From the IMG/VR virus record IMGVR_UViG_3300035698_006183, positions 24,797 to 88,796 of that record: a DNA stretch of 64,000 nt. One strand, written 5' to 3'. Below are positions 31,201 through 40,440 of this stretch, piece by piece; positions within the stretch are counted from its first letter, which is position 1; each line of letters starts with the position of its first letter. The translations under genes and the position numbers were made by a program. The notes under the pieces are model-generated. The model was not told where the DNA came from, did not search any database, and was given only the letters and a program-made list of their open reading frames with translations. This stretch comes from a virus.

Positions 31201-31654
31201 ATATAATGGAAACTTCATCAGTACCTCAGTAGACCTGACCTCGGGTGGGGATATGACGAGTGTGAGTAGTGGGATAGCAGCTTTAGTTGCTTATGGGGAT
31301 GGGTCTACTGTAGTTGGAAACTCTGTTTCTAACCATATAGCTCGATCTATCGGAGGAGTTAATAATGTGACTCCCGGTATAGAAGCTGCCATGTATGTAC
31401 AGAATGGTTTAGTATCTGGTAACTATCTTGCAGAAGGCACTGATATTGATGGTAAGTTATTATTAGCAAACACCAGTAGTATAGTCATAACAGGTAATGT
31501 TATGGAAATGATTGATGCTATAACTCCTGGGACAGTTCCTCCAAATGCTTTGATTTCTAATAACCGTATTACAGATGGTGGTGGTACAGGTTGGTTTGGT
31601 ATAGCTATTCCAGCATGGGCGGCCCCAGCAACAATCGGTGATAATAGAACATAA
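25292..31654 (+). CDS. Giant tailspike/fibre protein with C-terminal right-handed parallel beta-helix (2120 aa)
   Basis: FSTLVEAVTYA cap followed by many I/V-x-G-N-x-I repeats (ITGNLF, ISGNNV, VVGNSV, ITGNVM). Confidence 0.75.
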   Translation: MAYDPNKVNLGADPLTNPTASDRDPWQEAFKRFSSVPESKTLRASEALAGMTGSWASQYKMGPTVNDNSGSPETTTPSDFQMKNNKLGRPGMPEIDFVPYSHNTNRFGNKGGALLGEPISFACVGPTAKIGGEKMVWQWVVDYDNLVADHYVILLDDIIVDTSAPTWTTAARTADVSDYYNIQSGDVGTRFDGGLYLMVQETGHTSEIDPSSPVTGGVGDGALIQDGITTRVPIEPLTSNSKTELFRIVELYEDGGVLGFVLDSNKSLEDYFDVAGDPAEPDIIRHITLVEPAATRLVAIPDSGEGRSREQVFAFTPPRRAMTSEHQPIASDWEVLGYSEYPWFVETTFTDLNMFYYDYAPQLPIQKPYIEWADVIIPDTSGFGGGGSLGITEVHWDSGADEVLPEIGDILKIHSIQTDDSSTWVPANGRSVKWGSILGFFEVYDVYFRGATIWGVKLRRYAEVNPETGNSMWGVQRQFSADLVNDEPTLKCSVHKPVKELWNNPWFDADALDSTRLTSIIDPRWVERAGIESTDLTEHALGKSPYRPDRAIFDTASSNAGADGSNADPGNLQNLGFRVVLFPGKIKTVPTSTGGTEDIIAPDWSRPITSNELTIDPTVNEKQYIEVDYANGFVRLSHPPQAVDASDPDAGDLAPADDIFAIDTDDNPRGEQVLFAACVPYTQDIGQIGSGPRVTAQASSKDVCDGVGNTAGSGSFYDVYSHRVAFDVDTTSAQIITCRNQVGSIDQQLSLTGLLADQLPPTGFFELFQSGDPVLTTTNVRGSLFGYYGVEESGGNTILHGVHGGLEADVDTVNISISAPAQIILRREMTTPNDLYGTATVTYQDDVTYGDAKRAGTLRFTGVDTVVNLDGSVTIRIQDTAEDAYDNLGDLFSSWVFAGGELTGYYDGGGPDYGVNIAETTIMYQGSRLVVPAGFLVTGETDFGYVYVDGSDCSYGLSATIPLADPELVLLGSYEGTAALAPETADLRYPLLDIDRRLDIFVGLRQDGSGTPLTGHHFSTLVEAVTYANEIQNPTSGNPDLKVRIRVVGYTEEPEAALPIMIGTDGLMIESDPSMGQSQSVTWDADDKCLIDLNGHDGLTFEGISFLSTSAVTENTEPLRALFTNTGGTARRLHVNNCRLIGSQGFMAISEERLEDCSITNNYGEDLLDFGIYLTKETYSSLTLIGTVGTVVVTSGFIRFIDPITTQFLDMTVTTGGTITAGLGNVTISNGVDPDLVVSTRADIESYGEGTITQGASVITFEYGDRGIIDIGKISTSSIYIGVDILNNSVIKKNTFIQSSTIGNMSDNLQELALTETSTIDTDAGFTLTFTDSVTSLVIPPSSSYTLQNVAGTAVITGGAGLIIGLNDTFAFNGSGTGSATITPPVGDPIVVTADTYGYLITQGATDVVTLKHSPIEGPVTGGVTSYIGYDFDLLNPHNQIKDNTLIGFHTGIHSNSLNNSEVAFNNIRDTKNSGIYIGGFSRFNDVNDNILDHVFTEERLGWEPFQWPTQESTTGPFDSSTEAYKIGLFGEGDHNTVDSNVVSTAQYSAPLHLPLTFGAVPDPGWNYPVYDIWTDGDYVNISNNTVTWFIGGKGDNSQVRDNVVLWYGFRDQIINTSLWFSGSRGGYIKSNNKISGNICTGYLSLSDSRETRVEGNTAERFYTSNLYQSGLSSTHKGSPFCEIIGNNIIYGMYINGPEDYRSEGCRVEGNTAPYLHIDDYSRDVVVTGNTISIVDDSRSTALFCQGKNCTITGNLFQRIWEGVEASIVIVIVEGDTDLVLITGDNCVFSGNEALLEYVAEYIISPIAPSGYGPVTFDAYLIPVSVKNDGTSDGSYGRNAVITGNNIKIEVNLELIEGTHDHSITVEGNHIGLWVNGVTNDSYGKTTGHTITGNRIEIIQRLVTAGTVTPDVVNHDDVIGIKFDPVGALANSTISGNNVSSTFFVDAEGDITATAIFNGIQGLNNDGNVTYNGNFISTSVDLTSGGDMTSVSSGIAALVAYGDGSTVVGNSVSNHIARSIGGVNNVTPGIEAAMYVQNGLVSGNYLAEGTDIDGKLLLANTSSIVITGNVMEMIDAITPGTVPPNALISNNRITDGGGTGWFGIAIPAWAAPATIGDNRT

Positions 31655-31664
31655 TGAGGTTTAG

Positions 31665-32501
31665 ATGAGAGTCCTTATAGATCAAAAAGAACTGATAATA
31701 GATGGGCCTTCGGCTGACCTGAAGATTACCCAGGTGGACAAAACCCCTCCCAACTATGAAGACGGGACAGCTATCAATGGCCGTTTCATTCTTCCCGTTG
31801 TAGATGGTGTGGAGTTTCAAGTAGACTCTGATTCTTATGTCCTTCCAATTGATGGTGATGACATAAGTAGCCAGGCTTTTGCCCATCTGCTGGCCACGTT
31901 CCCAATGTATGGCCATATCTTCTTCAATCCACTCATCACTGCTCTGAATCTTGCTGATTCTGAGGGTGGTATTGATTTTTCTAAGACTTTTAAAGATGAC
32001 AGCAACACACCACCAGACCCACCGATTTATTATAATCCTCGACTACAAACAGGTCGGGAATCTGGTTCGGATGCTGGAAATTATCCGACTCACACGGCTT
32101 TACTGCCTCTCAATGATAAAGTAATAGCTCCTGCTCCAGACCGTCCAGGCCTTATGGTTACTAAGGAAATCGACCTTACTCCTTATACTGGCTCTGATGG
32201 AACAGATGAATTCTGTCTGTATTGGAAGCTGTTCAATTTTGAAACCTGTGAAGACCTTGCCGGGGACCATGAGAACGATGTTGTGGGTGAAAACACTCCA
32301 GCAATTCGTCAAATTTTCGAGACAGACCCAGAACCAGATGACTTGTCTGTCTATATTTCCCCTGATAATGGAATCCATTGGTGTGAAGCAGGGTTCCTAG
32401 AACCGGTTGCTTTCACGTTCAAGACGACGAGCATTCGGCTGGCATTTTTGAACCGTGGTGATAGCAAAATTTACATTGCCAATTATTCAGCAATGTTTTA
32501 G
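31665..32501 (+). CDS. Virion structural protein (278 aa)
   Basis: C-terminal VYISPDNGIHW (Asp-box-like) and beta-sandwich pattern; operon context. Confidence 0.55.
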   Translation: MRVLIDQKELIIDGPSADLKITQVDKTPPNYEDGTAINGRFILPVVDGVEFQVDSDSYVLPIDGDDISSQAFAHLLATFPMYGHIFFNPLITALNLADSEGGIDFSKTFKDDSNTPPDPPIYYNPRLQTGRESGSDAGNYPTHTALLPLNDKVIAPAPDRPGLMVTKEIDLTPYTGSDGTDEFCLYWKLFNFETCEDLAGDHENDVVGENTPAIRQIFETDPEPDDLSVYISPDNGIHWCEAGFLEPVAFTFKTTSIRLAFLNRGDSKIYIANYSAMF

Positions 32502-32515
32502 TAAGGGATTGACAC

Positions 32516-35500
32516 ATGGCAAATTTCGGACCCGATGTAAGCAGAACACTAGAGGCCGTCAATCGGCAGTTCAATACAGTCCTGTGGAGGAAGAATAAGC
32601 CCCCACTCGATGCTGAACTGAACCTGATGAGCCAGATAGAGTGGGATAACCTTCGGGATGTTCTGCGTTCGATGATGCCTTCAGGTTTCATCACTGACCC
32701 AACACGTCCTCTGGAAGATTTCCAGTTTGACCCATCATGGTCAAATATGTTCGTCCTGGGTAACCCTACGAAGCAGACTCTTGGTGAAACAACTACAATC
32801 GAATCAAACCCAGTCGTTTGGGCTAATGTCAACGGTTGGTTAATCCCAGTCGTCGGAACAAATATTGACTCCGCCTGGTTAGCCTCTCAGGGTGAACCAA
32901 CAAACATCGTTCGTCTGAATCCTCCCCCTGAATCTGATGCACGAGTTGATTTCGTGTTTCTTGAAGCCTGGCAAACCAGACTCGATGCAAACCCTGCTTC
33001 GGCTCATAAGCCAGCTTCTGATAAAATCTGGAAGTACGGAAATGTTGAGTTTGGTGGAACTAATCTACCAGACGACCTTGAAGACCCAACTATTGGCCAC
33101 CAGACTTCGGCTCGTGTGCAAGTTCAGTATCGAATCCGAGTGTTCGGTTCAGGTGCTGGCCAAGGCCAGAGTGCAGACCTCATGAACTACCCTGACGGAT
33201 TGGGATACCCCAGCATCCTCGGGCAAGGTGCATCCTCTGCTGTAGTAGCAGGATACCCTTTCCAAAATATGCGTGAAGAACTTGGTGACCCCTCCTTATG
33301 GAGAGCTGGTGATGGCAACACAGCCAACGGGATGGAAACTGTAGACGGTTTCTCTTATGCTATTCCCATCTGTGCCGTGTTCCGTCGTAACTCCCGAGTG
33401 TATGTGGCCATGACTGCTGCTGGTAACCCTAACCACAATGGTGGTTTCAACAGGACCCCAGCAACTAGCCTGCTACCTAATCCTCTGACAGGAGCCAAAG
33501 CTCTGACTACGGCTACTATCGTAGGAGTCGGTGCTCACACAGGGATTGCAGCTTCTGATGGTTTCAGTGATTCAGGATTCGGTGTACCCGCAACTTCTGC
33601 TGATATTCCAATGCCTTACGGTAATTCTATAGAATTTGAAATCAATGTCTCTGGACTAGATGGCTCTGGTTTAGACGATACTGCTCAGAACTGGCCATAC
33701 ACGTACATCAAGATTGAAGATGAGATTTTCAGTGTAGCCTCCGTGGATAAAGTTGCTGGCACTATCAGGATTCCTGAGAATGGCCGAAGCCGGTTCGGAA
33801 CAACTGTCACTGGTCATCTGACTGGTACAATCATTGAGTTCTACAACACTCGACCAGATGGCCTTTATTCCGACCAGGTTGACTGCTGTGACATCTTAGA
33901 CCTCCGACGCGGTCTCAATGCCAATGACTGGGACTTTGGCCGTCTGCTGGAACGTGGAGTGGCTGACCTCCTAACAGGTAAACTGAGAACAGCTTGGAAA
34001 CGAGAAGGTGCTTCCTACGGTGGAACTCAAGGTCCCGTCGTTCATGAAGTTGACCATCTCTATGCTTATGATTCAACTCACCCGAACGGCACTGACCCAA
34101 TTGATGGGCCAGATGGTGTTCGTACAGTTTGGTCTGATGCAGCTGCTATACAGCCTAACGTGACGACCCTTCTGGATAATGCTGCTGTGACTTCAGGTTC
34201 GACCCCACAGACCGTGGAATCTTTCAATGCTTCGGTCGAATGGGATGTAGCTCCTGGCTTCCGTCCTTCAGGTTTCTTGAATACTGGTGGTGGGCTAACA
34301 GAAGAAGAATCATTCTCGAATGGTTCTGTCCTCTTATTCCACATCGGTGGTGATGATGGTACTGAAGGTGCCCGAGGAACTTTCCGTGATGGAAGTACCC
34401 GAGCAGTTCGGTTCCTGATGCCTAAAGAGATGTGGCGTTCAGGCTACCCCGTGGTAGACCCTGGAAATGGCCAACAACATCCAATCCAACTTCGATTCTG
34501 GGGGGAGAGAGCTTTCGAGCCTGCTCCTGAGAACCTCGATGCAGTGAAAGCTGCCCGACATGTTGGCCCGATGTATCCTTGGAAAGACCTGTCATTCGAA
34601 TATCCCTTCATTGCTCTTGGAGGAATCCTGAATGATGGTGGTTTGATGCAGATTGATGTGCCAAACTCATCTTTCCAGGCAGTCACCGAATATGATACTG
34701 AGGTCTTCTCTAACTACGACATCATCGAGATTGACCTCAATAGCTATGATTTCAATGCTAATGGCACTTATGGCCATTGGACCGAAGATTCTATCGGTGC
34801 TAAACAGTTCACTAACGACCCGTCATTGGTCAGCAAACCTCTCCTGAGAGGTGAACGTACTCTATACGGCCTCCTGACAGACAATGGCCGTGACTTGACA
34901 GGTTTGTCTTCGGAAGTTTACCTGGTCATCTACGGTGATGATACATGGCGTGATAACAACGGTGCTTTCCAGGTTATCGGTGTTGGTACCGAAGGGTACA
35001 CCACTAATAATGCTGTCAACGGCACGAGTTTGGTTCTCCGTCCTCTGTCTGCTGACTTCGTAGATTTCGATTTTACTACGGCCAAAACATTGAGAGTAGA
35101 GTTTAGAACTCCTTACCATAATGCTGATGATGCTTCTGATGCTGAGAGCAGAGTAGCTGATTTGGCCGTCGTCTTAACAGACCTTGGTGGCATCCTGGAT
35201 AAAGAAATCCGGGTCAGTGACATGACTATCTCAACTGGTGACCATCCTTGGAAACGGGAGCATCTGGGTGATGTAGCAGGGACAACTTACGACCTGGCTA
35301 TTCCTTATGATACTGGTGCTCCCGCAGTCAACATTGCAGCTTGTAAAGCTCTGGTGGATTTGACTCTGATTTATCATCCTGGCCGAGGTTCAATGAACCG
35401 TGTGCCAGATGAACTGAATAGATTTGCTTTGAAAGGGAATAACACTCTGCCTGCCTCTGGTGGATACCTGAGAGGAAACCCTGCTAACATTGATACAACC

Positions 35501-38500
35501 TTTGCATCTACGTCTGGTGCTCCTTCAGATGAAATCTGGTGGGACCCAGCTCATGTTCAGTTATGGAATCGTCTTCCTTCTTTAGGATGGCCAGCTCCTT
35601 CTGCTGAAAACTATGGTGGTGAGGTTGTCGGTTACACAGAACAGGACAGAGAAAACGAACTGTTCTATGATAGAGGAAGCAAAACAGCTATCTTCCGACC
35701 GTTCCGTGACCGCCAGATGACCCTTCAGGCCGTCAGCATCCGAAACGACGACGGAACCACAGGCTTCCCGAATGCAACTACAGGTTTGGAAGGTGGTTTT
35801 GAGTACCTGACCAAAGCTATCAATAAAGATGCTGGACAGCTCTTTACACCGAACAAGTTTGCTGGTTTCCCAGTACCATTCGAGTTCATGCCACGGTTTG
35901 GCCGACAGGACATTCCTTACTATGTGGATATCAACTCTGGTAATGGACCATTCCTGAGTGGTATCAACCACTTGTTCGAGGACACCATCAACGTGGTATC
36001 CAACATCTTCAACATTATCGGTGGTGAGCCGAAGACTTCGGAAGTGGCCACTTTGATTTTCCGGACAGATACTCCAGCTCGTTATGCTGAATACGACACC
36101 TACACAGGTATCGAGAACGAACGTCCTGTGATGTTTGCCCGTAAAACCACGGACATCAATATTCCTGCAGCTGCATTCGGCCCGGAGATTCTGGCTCAGT
36201 TGGCAGCAGTGAACTCATCCGACTTCGGTAAAGGACTCAAAGGAATTCAGCTTCCGCCGTACATTGGCCCAGCTCGTGTCCTTGGTGTATATGAGAAGAC
36301 AGACTTCGAAGCCAAAGGTGGTCATACCTTTAAAGGGAACCGCTGGCAGATGGAAGAAGCTGCTCCCCCGAACTTGCTGAGAACCGATGCTGACCGTCAG
36401 ACTTTGTTCATCCTCCAGGATGGTGCAAAAGACTTGACAACGGAAGATGGAGACCACACGTACATCATCCCGTCGAATGCAATCGACTTCACCAGGTCTT
36501 TGACTTATATCACGGCAGGGGATGCTACCAAGACCTTTGAAGATTACGAATACGTGGTGGAATGCACAGTCTTCGGATTTGCCAAAGGCTTCATCAACGA
36601 AAACAACTATGTTCTGATGCGTGAACTCAATGGCCACAATACTGGGGCAAACGTGGATAACTTCCCCGACCCCATCGAGTACGACGACATCCGTATGGTT
36701 ATCCCATGCCCAGCCGGTGACAGTGACCAACTGTACTCGGCTTACAACCGAACTGTTTACCAGGGTGACCCCTACTTCTCCGTGAATGGGAGTGCCGCTG
36801 ATTATACTAACAGATATGGCCAAATCAGCATCGGTGACCAGTATGACATGAGGATTCCAGTCCAACAGTACGACAGCAATGGTAACTTCATACCTGAAAT
36901 CACCAACCCCAAATCATTTGAAGTTCTGGCCTCAATGGACTTCTACACGACTATGGGAACTGGTAAAATGGCTGGGGACTTTTACCCAGGAACTCCGCTG
37001 GACATTGGCCACACAGAATGGAATCGGGATGCTTCTTTCAGAAGCCCTGAAACTAATACCAGCCCAGCCTGGAGAATTATGCCTCGGACATATTCTGAGG
37101 GACAGAAATCGAACCCGAACCGAGCAGGATTAACCCTCATCTGCCAGGATAATGCTGGTTGGTGTGTAGATGCCGACCCGGACTACAGCTTCATCCGATT
37201 CCGTTTCGGTTTATTGGATGGAACTCTGGTAGACCTCTATGGTGCTACCTCTGATACAGCCAGCATTCTGACTACGGGACTGGGGCTTGACAGTGCTGAT
37301 GTATTCGAAGTGGATGCAAATCAGGCTCAAGAGATTCTCGAAGGTTCCGAAGATAAAGATATAAACATCCCTGCTGGTGGTTCTACAGAGTACACTGTTG
37401 CAGTGGTAGGTTGTGTATCAGGAGATTCTGTGATTGTGAACTCTCCAGATTTACCGACCCGTCTTGTTACAATGAGTAAGGTTACAACTCCAGGTGAAGT
37501 TACAGTTACAATAATTGACCCTGGTGAAAAAGTTGACACCTACGTGACAGGGGATGAGTCAATCGTTTTTGCCAATCCTCTCCCTGCTAATACTTCAGCA
37601 TCTTCAACGGTATCAATCCCTCTGGCAGATTTGCCTGATGATGATTATACTTTGTATGTGGAAGACACAGAACAGAACCCGTTATCTATTGACAGAATGA
37701 TTTTCACATGTCAGTCGGCTATTAACGGTGCAAACTTGGATGTTAAGGTGTTTATCCATAATATTTCAAGTTCCTCCATACTTCTGGGTACACGGATTGT
37801 TAGAATCGGAGTAGCTGGTTCTCGAGATGCTACTACTCAAAGTGATGTGACTCTCCATGCTAAAGTATTCCAGACAGTTGGAAAAATGTCAGCTACTCTG
37901 GTAAACCTGATGGAGACCATCAATACTCACCCATCACTCTATCAAAATGTGAAGACTCTCGGTGAAGGTGACAACACTCTCAAAATCATCTCTGTCCCAA
38001 CAGGAGCAGAGGGTAATGACATCACAGTTACAGCTCAAATGGTGGGTGTGGATGCTTCGGGTTCTCCAGTAGTTATTGCTGGTGAGTACACAGCACAGGA
38101 TAAAGTTTATCCTCTGGAAGCTATTCCTTCTAATCAGAATCCACAACCGTTCGTGGCTTCGGCTTCGACTCCACTCATCGGTGGGATTAACTTCCCATTG
38201 AATGCTGGGAACGGCACAAGTCAAATAGGTCTGACTGGTATGACAGAGAGACTGCCTATGGGAGCATTGCTCCAGGACAGTGATTTCCTCTGTGAGAATC
38301 CTTTGAATGACCAGGCTTCGGCAGTGAAAACTGCTCCAGTTGGACCACATCCGATTCAAACTCTGATGCCGATGACGCAACAGGGTGAAGAATTTGAAAG
38401 ATTCAACGGAGCACCTGGCCAGCTTCTAGCTCTGTCCGATGGATTTGAGTGTATCTCTGGTAACTTCAGCTCTTGGACTTCCACTCACACCACAGGCACG

Positions 38501-38938
38501 AAGAAATATCGTATCTACCGTGGAGCTGGTGCTCCCTACGTGTTATCGGGTAATAATCCTGGTGGCCCGATAGACTGGGTTTCGGATACATTCCCACCTT
38601 CCAGCCAGCCTGTCCTTAAAGGTGGAGTGTTGGCTTGCAGGGCTATGTTGGTCCGTAACTTCCCAGAATATCTGGTAACTTCTGACAAACATCCTTCTGA
38701 GGGTGATGAAATTCAGATGATTGTATTGACCTACGGACATCTTGGTGATGGCCGTTCCCAGTTCACTGGGGTTACTTTAGATGGCATTATTTCACCATCT
38801 GGGTATGGTGAAGGATATGCTGCTGCTGACCGTTACCGAATCGGTGGACGCCCGATGTTCCGAGGCTTCTCCCGTCAAGTACCGAACCCAGCTACAGTTC
38901 AATTGGCGGTTTACCCTGATGCTATAAGGGAACCTTAA
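32516..38938 (+). CDS. Giant baseplate/tail protein, paralog B (2140 aa)
   Basis: VSRTL..FNTVLWRKNKPPLDAELN, DFVFLEAW, RVQVQYRIR, YAIPICAVFR and RPDG..ILDLRR are shared with 17798..21403. Confidence 0.65.
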   Translation: MANFGPDVSRTLEAVNRQFNTVLWRKNKPPLDAELNLMSQIEWDNLRDVLRSMMPSGFITDPTRPLEDFQFDPSWSNMFVLGNPTKQTLGETTTIESNPVVWANVNGWLIPVVGTNIDSAWLASQGEPTNIVRLNPPPESDARVDFVFLEAWQTRLDANPASAHKPASDKIWKYGNVEFGGTNLPDDLEDPTIGHQTSARVQVQYRIRVFGSGAGQGQSADLMNYPDGLGYPSILGQGASSAVVAGYPFQNMREELGDPSLWRAGDGNTANGMETVDGFSYAIPICAVFRRNSRVYVAMTAAGNPNHNGGFNRTPATSLLPNPLTGAKALTTATIVGVGAHTGIAASDGFSDSGFGVPATSADIPMPYGNSIEFEINVSGLDGSGLDDTAQNWPYTYIKIEDEIFSVASVDKVAGTIRIPENGRSRFGTTVTGHLTGTIIEFYNTRPDGLYSDQVDCCDILDLRRGLNANDWDFGRLLERGVADLLTGKLRTAWKREGASYGGTQGPVVHEVDHLYAYDSTHPNGTDPIDGPDGVRTVWSDAAAIQPNVTTLLDNAAVTSGSTPQTVESFNASVEWDVAPGFRPSGFLNTGGGLTEEESFSNGSVLLFHIGGDDGTEGARGTFRDGSTRAVRFLMPKEMWRSGYPVVDPGNGQQHPIQLRFWGERAFEPAPENLDAVKAARHVGPMYPWKDLSFEYPFIALGGILNDGGLMQIDVPNSSFQAVTEYDTEVFSNYDIIEIDLNSYDFNANGTYGHWTEDSIGAKQFTNDPSLVSKPLLRGERTLYGLLTDNGRDLTGLSSEVYLVIYGDDTWRDNNGAFQVIGVGTEGYTTNNAVNGTSLVLRPLSADFVDFDFTTAKTLRVEFRTPYHNADDASDAESRVADLAVVLTDLGGILDKEIRVSDMTISTGDHPWKREHLGDVAGTTYDLAIPYDTGAPAVNIAACKALVDLTLIYHPGRGSMNRVPDELNRFALKGNNTLPASGGYLRGNPANIDTTFASTSGAPSDEIWWDPAHVQLWNRLPSLGWPAPSAENYGGEVVGYTEQDRENELFYDRGSKTAIFRPFRDRQMTLQAVSIRNDDGTTGFPNATTGLEGGFEYLTKAINKDAGQLFTPNKFAGFPVPFEFMPRFGRQDIPYYVDINSGNGPFLSGINHLFEDTINVVSNIFNIIGGEPKTSEVATLIFRTDTPARYAEYDTYTGIENERPVMFARKTTDINIPAAAFGPEILAQLAAVNSSDFGKGLKGIQLPPYIGPARVLGVYEKTDFEAKGGHTFKGNRWQMEEAAPPNLLRTDADRQTLFILQDGAKDLTTEDGDHTYIIPSNAIDFTRSLTYITAGDATKTFEDYEYVVECTVFGFAKGFINENNYVLMRELNGHNTGANVDNFPDPIEYDDIRMVIPCPAGDSDQLYSAYNRTVYQGDPYFSVNGSAADYTNRYGQISIGDQYDMRIPVQQYDSNGNFIPEITNPKSFEVLASMDFYTTMGTGKMAGDFYPGTPLDIGHTEWNRDASFRSPETNTSPAWRIMPRTYSEGQKSNPNRAGLTLICQDNAGWCVDADPDYSFIRFRFGLLDGTLVDLYGATSDTASILTTGLGLDSADVFEVDANQAQEILEGSEDKDINIPAGGSTEYTVAVVGCVSGDSVIVNSPDLPTRLVTMSKVTTPGEVTVTIIDPGEKVDTYVTGDESIVFANPLPANTSASSTVSIPLADLPDDDYTLYVEDTEQNPLSIDRMIFTCQSAINGANLDVKVFIHNISSSSILLGTRIVRIGVAGSRDATTQSDVTLHAKVFQTVGKMSATLVNLMETINTHPSLYQNVKTLGEGDNTLKIISVPTGAEGNDITVTAQMVGVDASGSPVVIAGEYTAQDKVYPLEAIPSNQNPQPFVASASTPLIGGINFPLNAGNGTSQIGLTGMTERLPMGALLQDSDFLCENPLNDQASAVKTAPVGPHPIQTLMPMTQQGEEFERFNGAPGQLLALSDGFECISGNFSSWTSTHTTGTKKYRIYRGAGAPYVLSGNNPGGPIDWVSDTFPPSSQPVLKGGVLACRAMLVRNFPEYLVTSDKHPSEGDEIQMIVLTYGHLGDGRSQFTGVTLDGIISPSGYGEGYAAADRYRIGGRPMFRGFSRQVPNPATVQLAVYPDAIREP

Positions 38939-38948
38939 TCAAGGAGGA

Positions 38949-39413
38949 ATGAAGATGAAGAATTTAGTATGGTTATTGGTATTAGCAGCATTCACGATGA
39001 GTGGATGTGCGGCTCTCGATTATTTCAAGAAAGCCGACAATCAGGAAAACCTGGTAAAATTGGGAATCACTTGCTTTGAAAGTAAAGATTACACGATTGG
39101 TATCGAATACGGTCTTACCAGAGATGGTGAAGAAATCACGAATGCTACTCAGGTCGGTGGGATTATCGGATGTGATAACAAGAAGTTCTCAGTTATATGT
39201 GATGTTACCAAAGGACCAGATGAGAACCCTTGCTCGGATGTGAAGTCTTATACAGAAGACCCACCATCTAACTCAGCCCCTGCTGCAGAACCTGTTATAG
39301 AAGAACCCGTAGTTGAGCCTGCTGTTGAAGAACCCGTAGAAGTTAAGCCAGAACCTGTTACCCTAGCAATTAGCCTGGGTCTGAAGATGAAACCTGCGGA
39401 GATGTGGTGCTAA
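38949..39413 (+). CDS. Lipoprotein with Pro/Glu-rich linker
   Basis: Signal peptide with lipobox MSG-C; EEPVVEPAVEEPVEVKPEPV; AGGAGG RBS. Confidence 0.65.
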   Translation: MKMKNLVWLLVLAAFTMSGCAALDYFKKADNQENLVKLGITCFESKDYTIGIEYGLTRDGEEITNATQVGGIIGCDNKKFSVICDVTKGPDENPCSDVKSYTEDPPSNSAPAAEPVIEEPVVEPAVEEPVEVKPEPVTLAISLGLKMKPAEMWC

Positions 39414-39760
39414 TGGATGAAGAGAAAAGCCCTTATTCAACTCATAACTCTATAGACGTTGAGGATGTAATTGCATTCCTCAACGATCTATTACGAGTTG
39501 ACCGTTCAGCGGTCAGTCGGCTAATAGAGACAAGAGTTCCCTGTAACGAGTGTGTGGCCAACCACCCCTCGGTACAGGTGCAAGCAGACCCGGGTGGTAA
39601 GAACCCGTCTGTGGGCTTCTTGGGTGTCTTAAATGGCATGTTTGGAGTAGATGAAGAAGGGTGGGGACAGATTGGAATGGAAGTTACCGACGATGGTAGA
39701 ATCCTCCACTTTTTCAAGAGCTCCCCTCTGCAAAGGAAATATGGACCATGCCTGTCATAA
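39413..39760 (+). CDS. Hypothetical phage protein
   Basis: TAATG overlap with the upstream stop; CNECVANHPSVQV...VGFLGVLNGMFG motif. Confidence 0.6.
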   Translation: MDEEKSPYSTHNSIDVEDVIAFLNDLLRVDRSAVSRLIETRVPCNECVANHPSVQVQADPGGKNPSVGFLGVLNGMFGVDEEGWGQIGMEVTDDGRILHFFKSSPLQRKYGPCLS

Positions 39761-39957
39761 AACGAGAAGACATTGACCGGTCTATTCGGGCACCACATGA
39801 AAAAACGTACAAAGCCCAGCTCAAGAAGGCTTTACATGACCCCATGCTGACCCCCGAAGATAAAGATCACATCAAGGAGCAACTGGCAACCATTGGCCAA
39901 GCCAAGGTTTACAGGAAGGATTCACCCGTGAAACCCGGAGCTCTCGACCTCGTTTAG
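39748..39957 (+). CDS. Hypothetical protein (69 aa)
   Basis: Overlapping operon ORF with upstream AGGA. Confidence 0.55.
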   Translation: MPVIKREDIDRSIRAPHEKTYKAQLKKALHDPMLTPEDKDHIKEQLATIGQAKVYRKDSPVKPGALDLV

Positions 39958-40012
39958 GGTATAATGGTTTTAGGCCGTCCTTTCCGGGCGGTAAATTTAC
40001 AAGGAGATGAAA

Positions 40013-40408
40013 ATGAAAAAAGTATTGCTTGTTCTGGTTCTGATGTTTCTTCTGATGTTCACCATGACGGTGAATGCTTCGATGATGGAGAATGGCCTGG
40101 AGCCGTTGGAAGTAGATGGAGACATTGAAGCTGAAGTAACAGAGGTTGCTGAAGTAGCTGCCCCAATGGACACCGAGAAGGCTACGGAGGTTCCGGCTGC
40201 TGCCACACTCTCTCCAGACGAGGAAAAACCAGTCATTCCGGCCATTATAAAGGAAATGCCAAACGTGCCGGATGTCGAGAAAGTTACAGACCTTGCTGAA
40301 GATGAAGCTGATGATGCTGGATGGGGCACTTATGGAGGCATCTTCGTGTTGCTTATTGCTGCCGTCATAGGAATTGTTCGTGTGAGACGTAAGAAAAAAC
40401 TGGTCTAA
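40013..40408 (+). CDS. Exported acidic protein with C-terminal transmembrane anchor and basic tail
   Basis: Sec signal (MKKVLLV..VNA); acidic low-complexity middle; GWGTYGGIFVLLIAAVIGIVRVRRKKK. Confidence 0.7.
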   Translation: MKKVLLVLVLMFLLMFTMTVNASMMENGLEPLEVDGDIEAEVTEVAEVAAPMDTEKATEVPAAATLSPDEEKPVIPAIIKEMPNVPDVEKVTDLAEDEADDAGWGTYGGIFVLLIAAVIGIVRVRRKKKLV

Positions 40409-40440
40409 TCCAGTTATCTGTTGCGAGCCTGAGCAAAATT

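Noticed and set aside
152-38740. Numerous antisense and alternate-frame ORFs of 60-216 aa in the ORF track
   Set aside because: They are shadows of long coding genes, with no RBS or recognisable motifs.
1-38938. Bacterial extracellular contractile injection system or tailocin locus
   Set aside because: It is contiguous with phage-type DnaB, SNF2, orphan MTases and dense small ORFs, and there are no host housekeeping genes; a large phage fits better.
39975-39991. Hairpin CCGTCC-TTTCC-GGGCGG as a terminator or ncRNA
   Set aside because: The stem is short with no U-tract; at most a 5'-UTR stabiliser.
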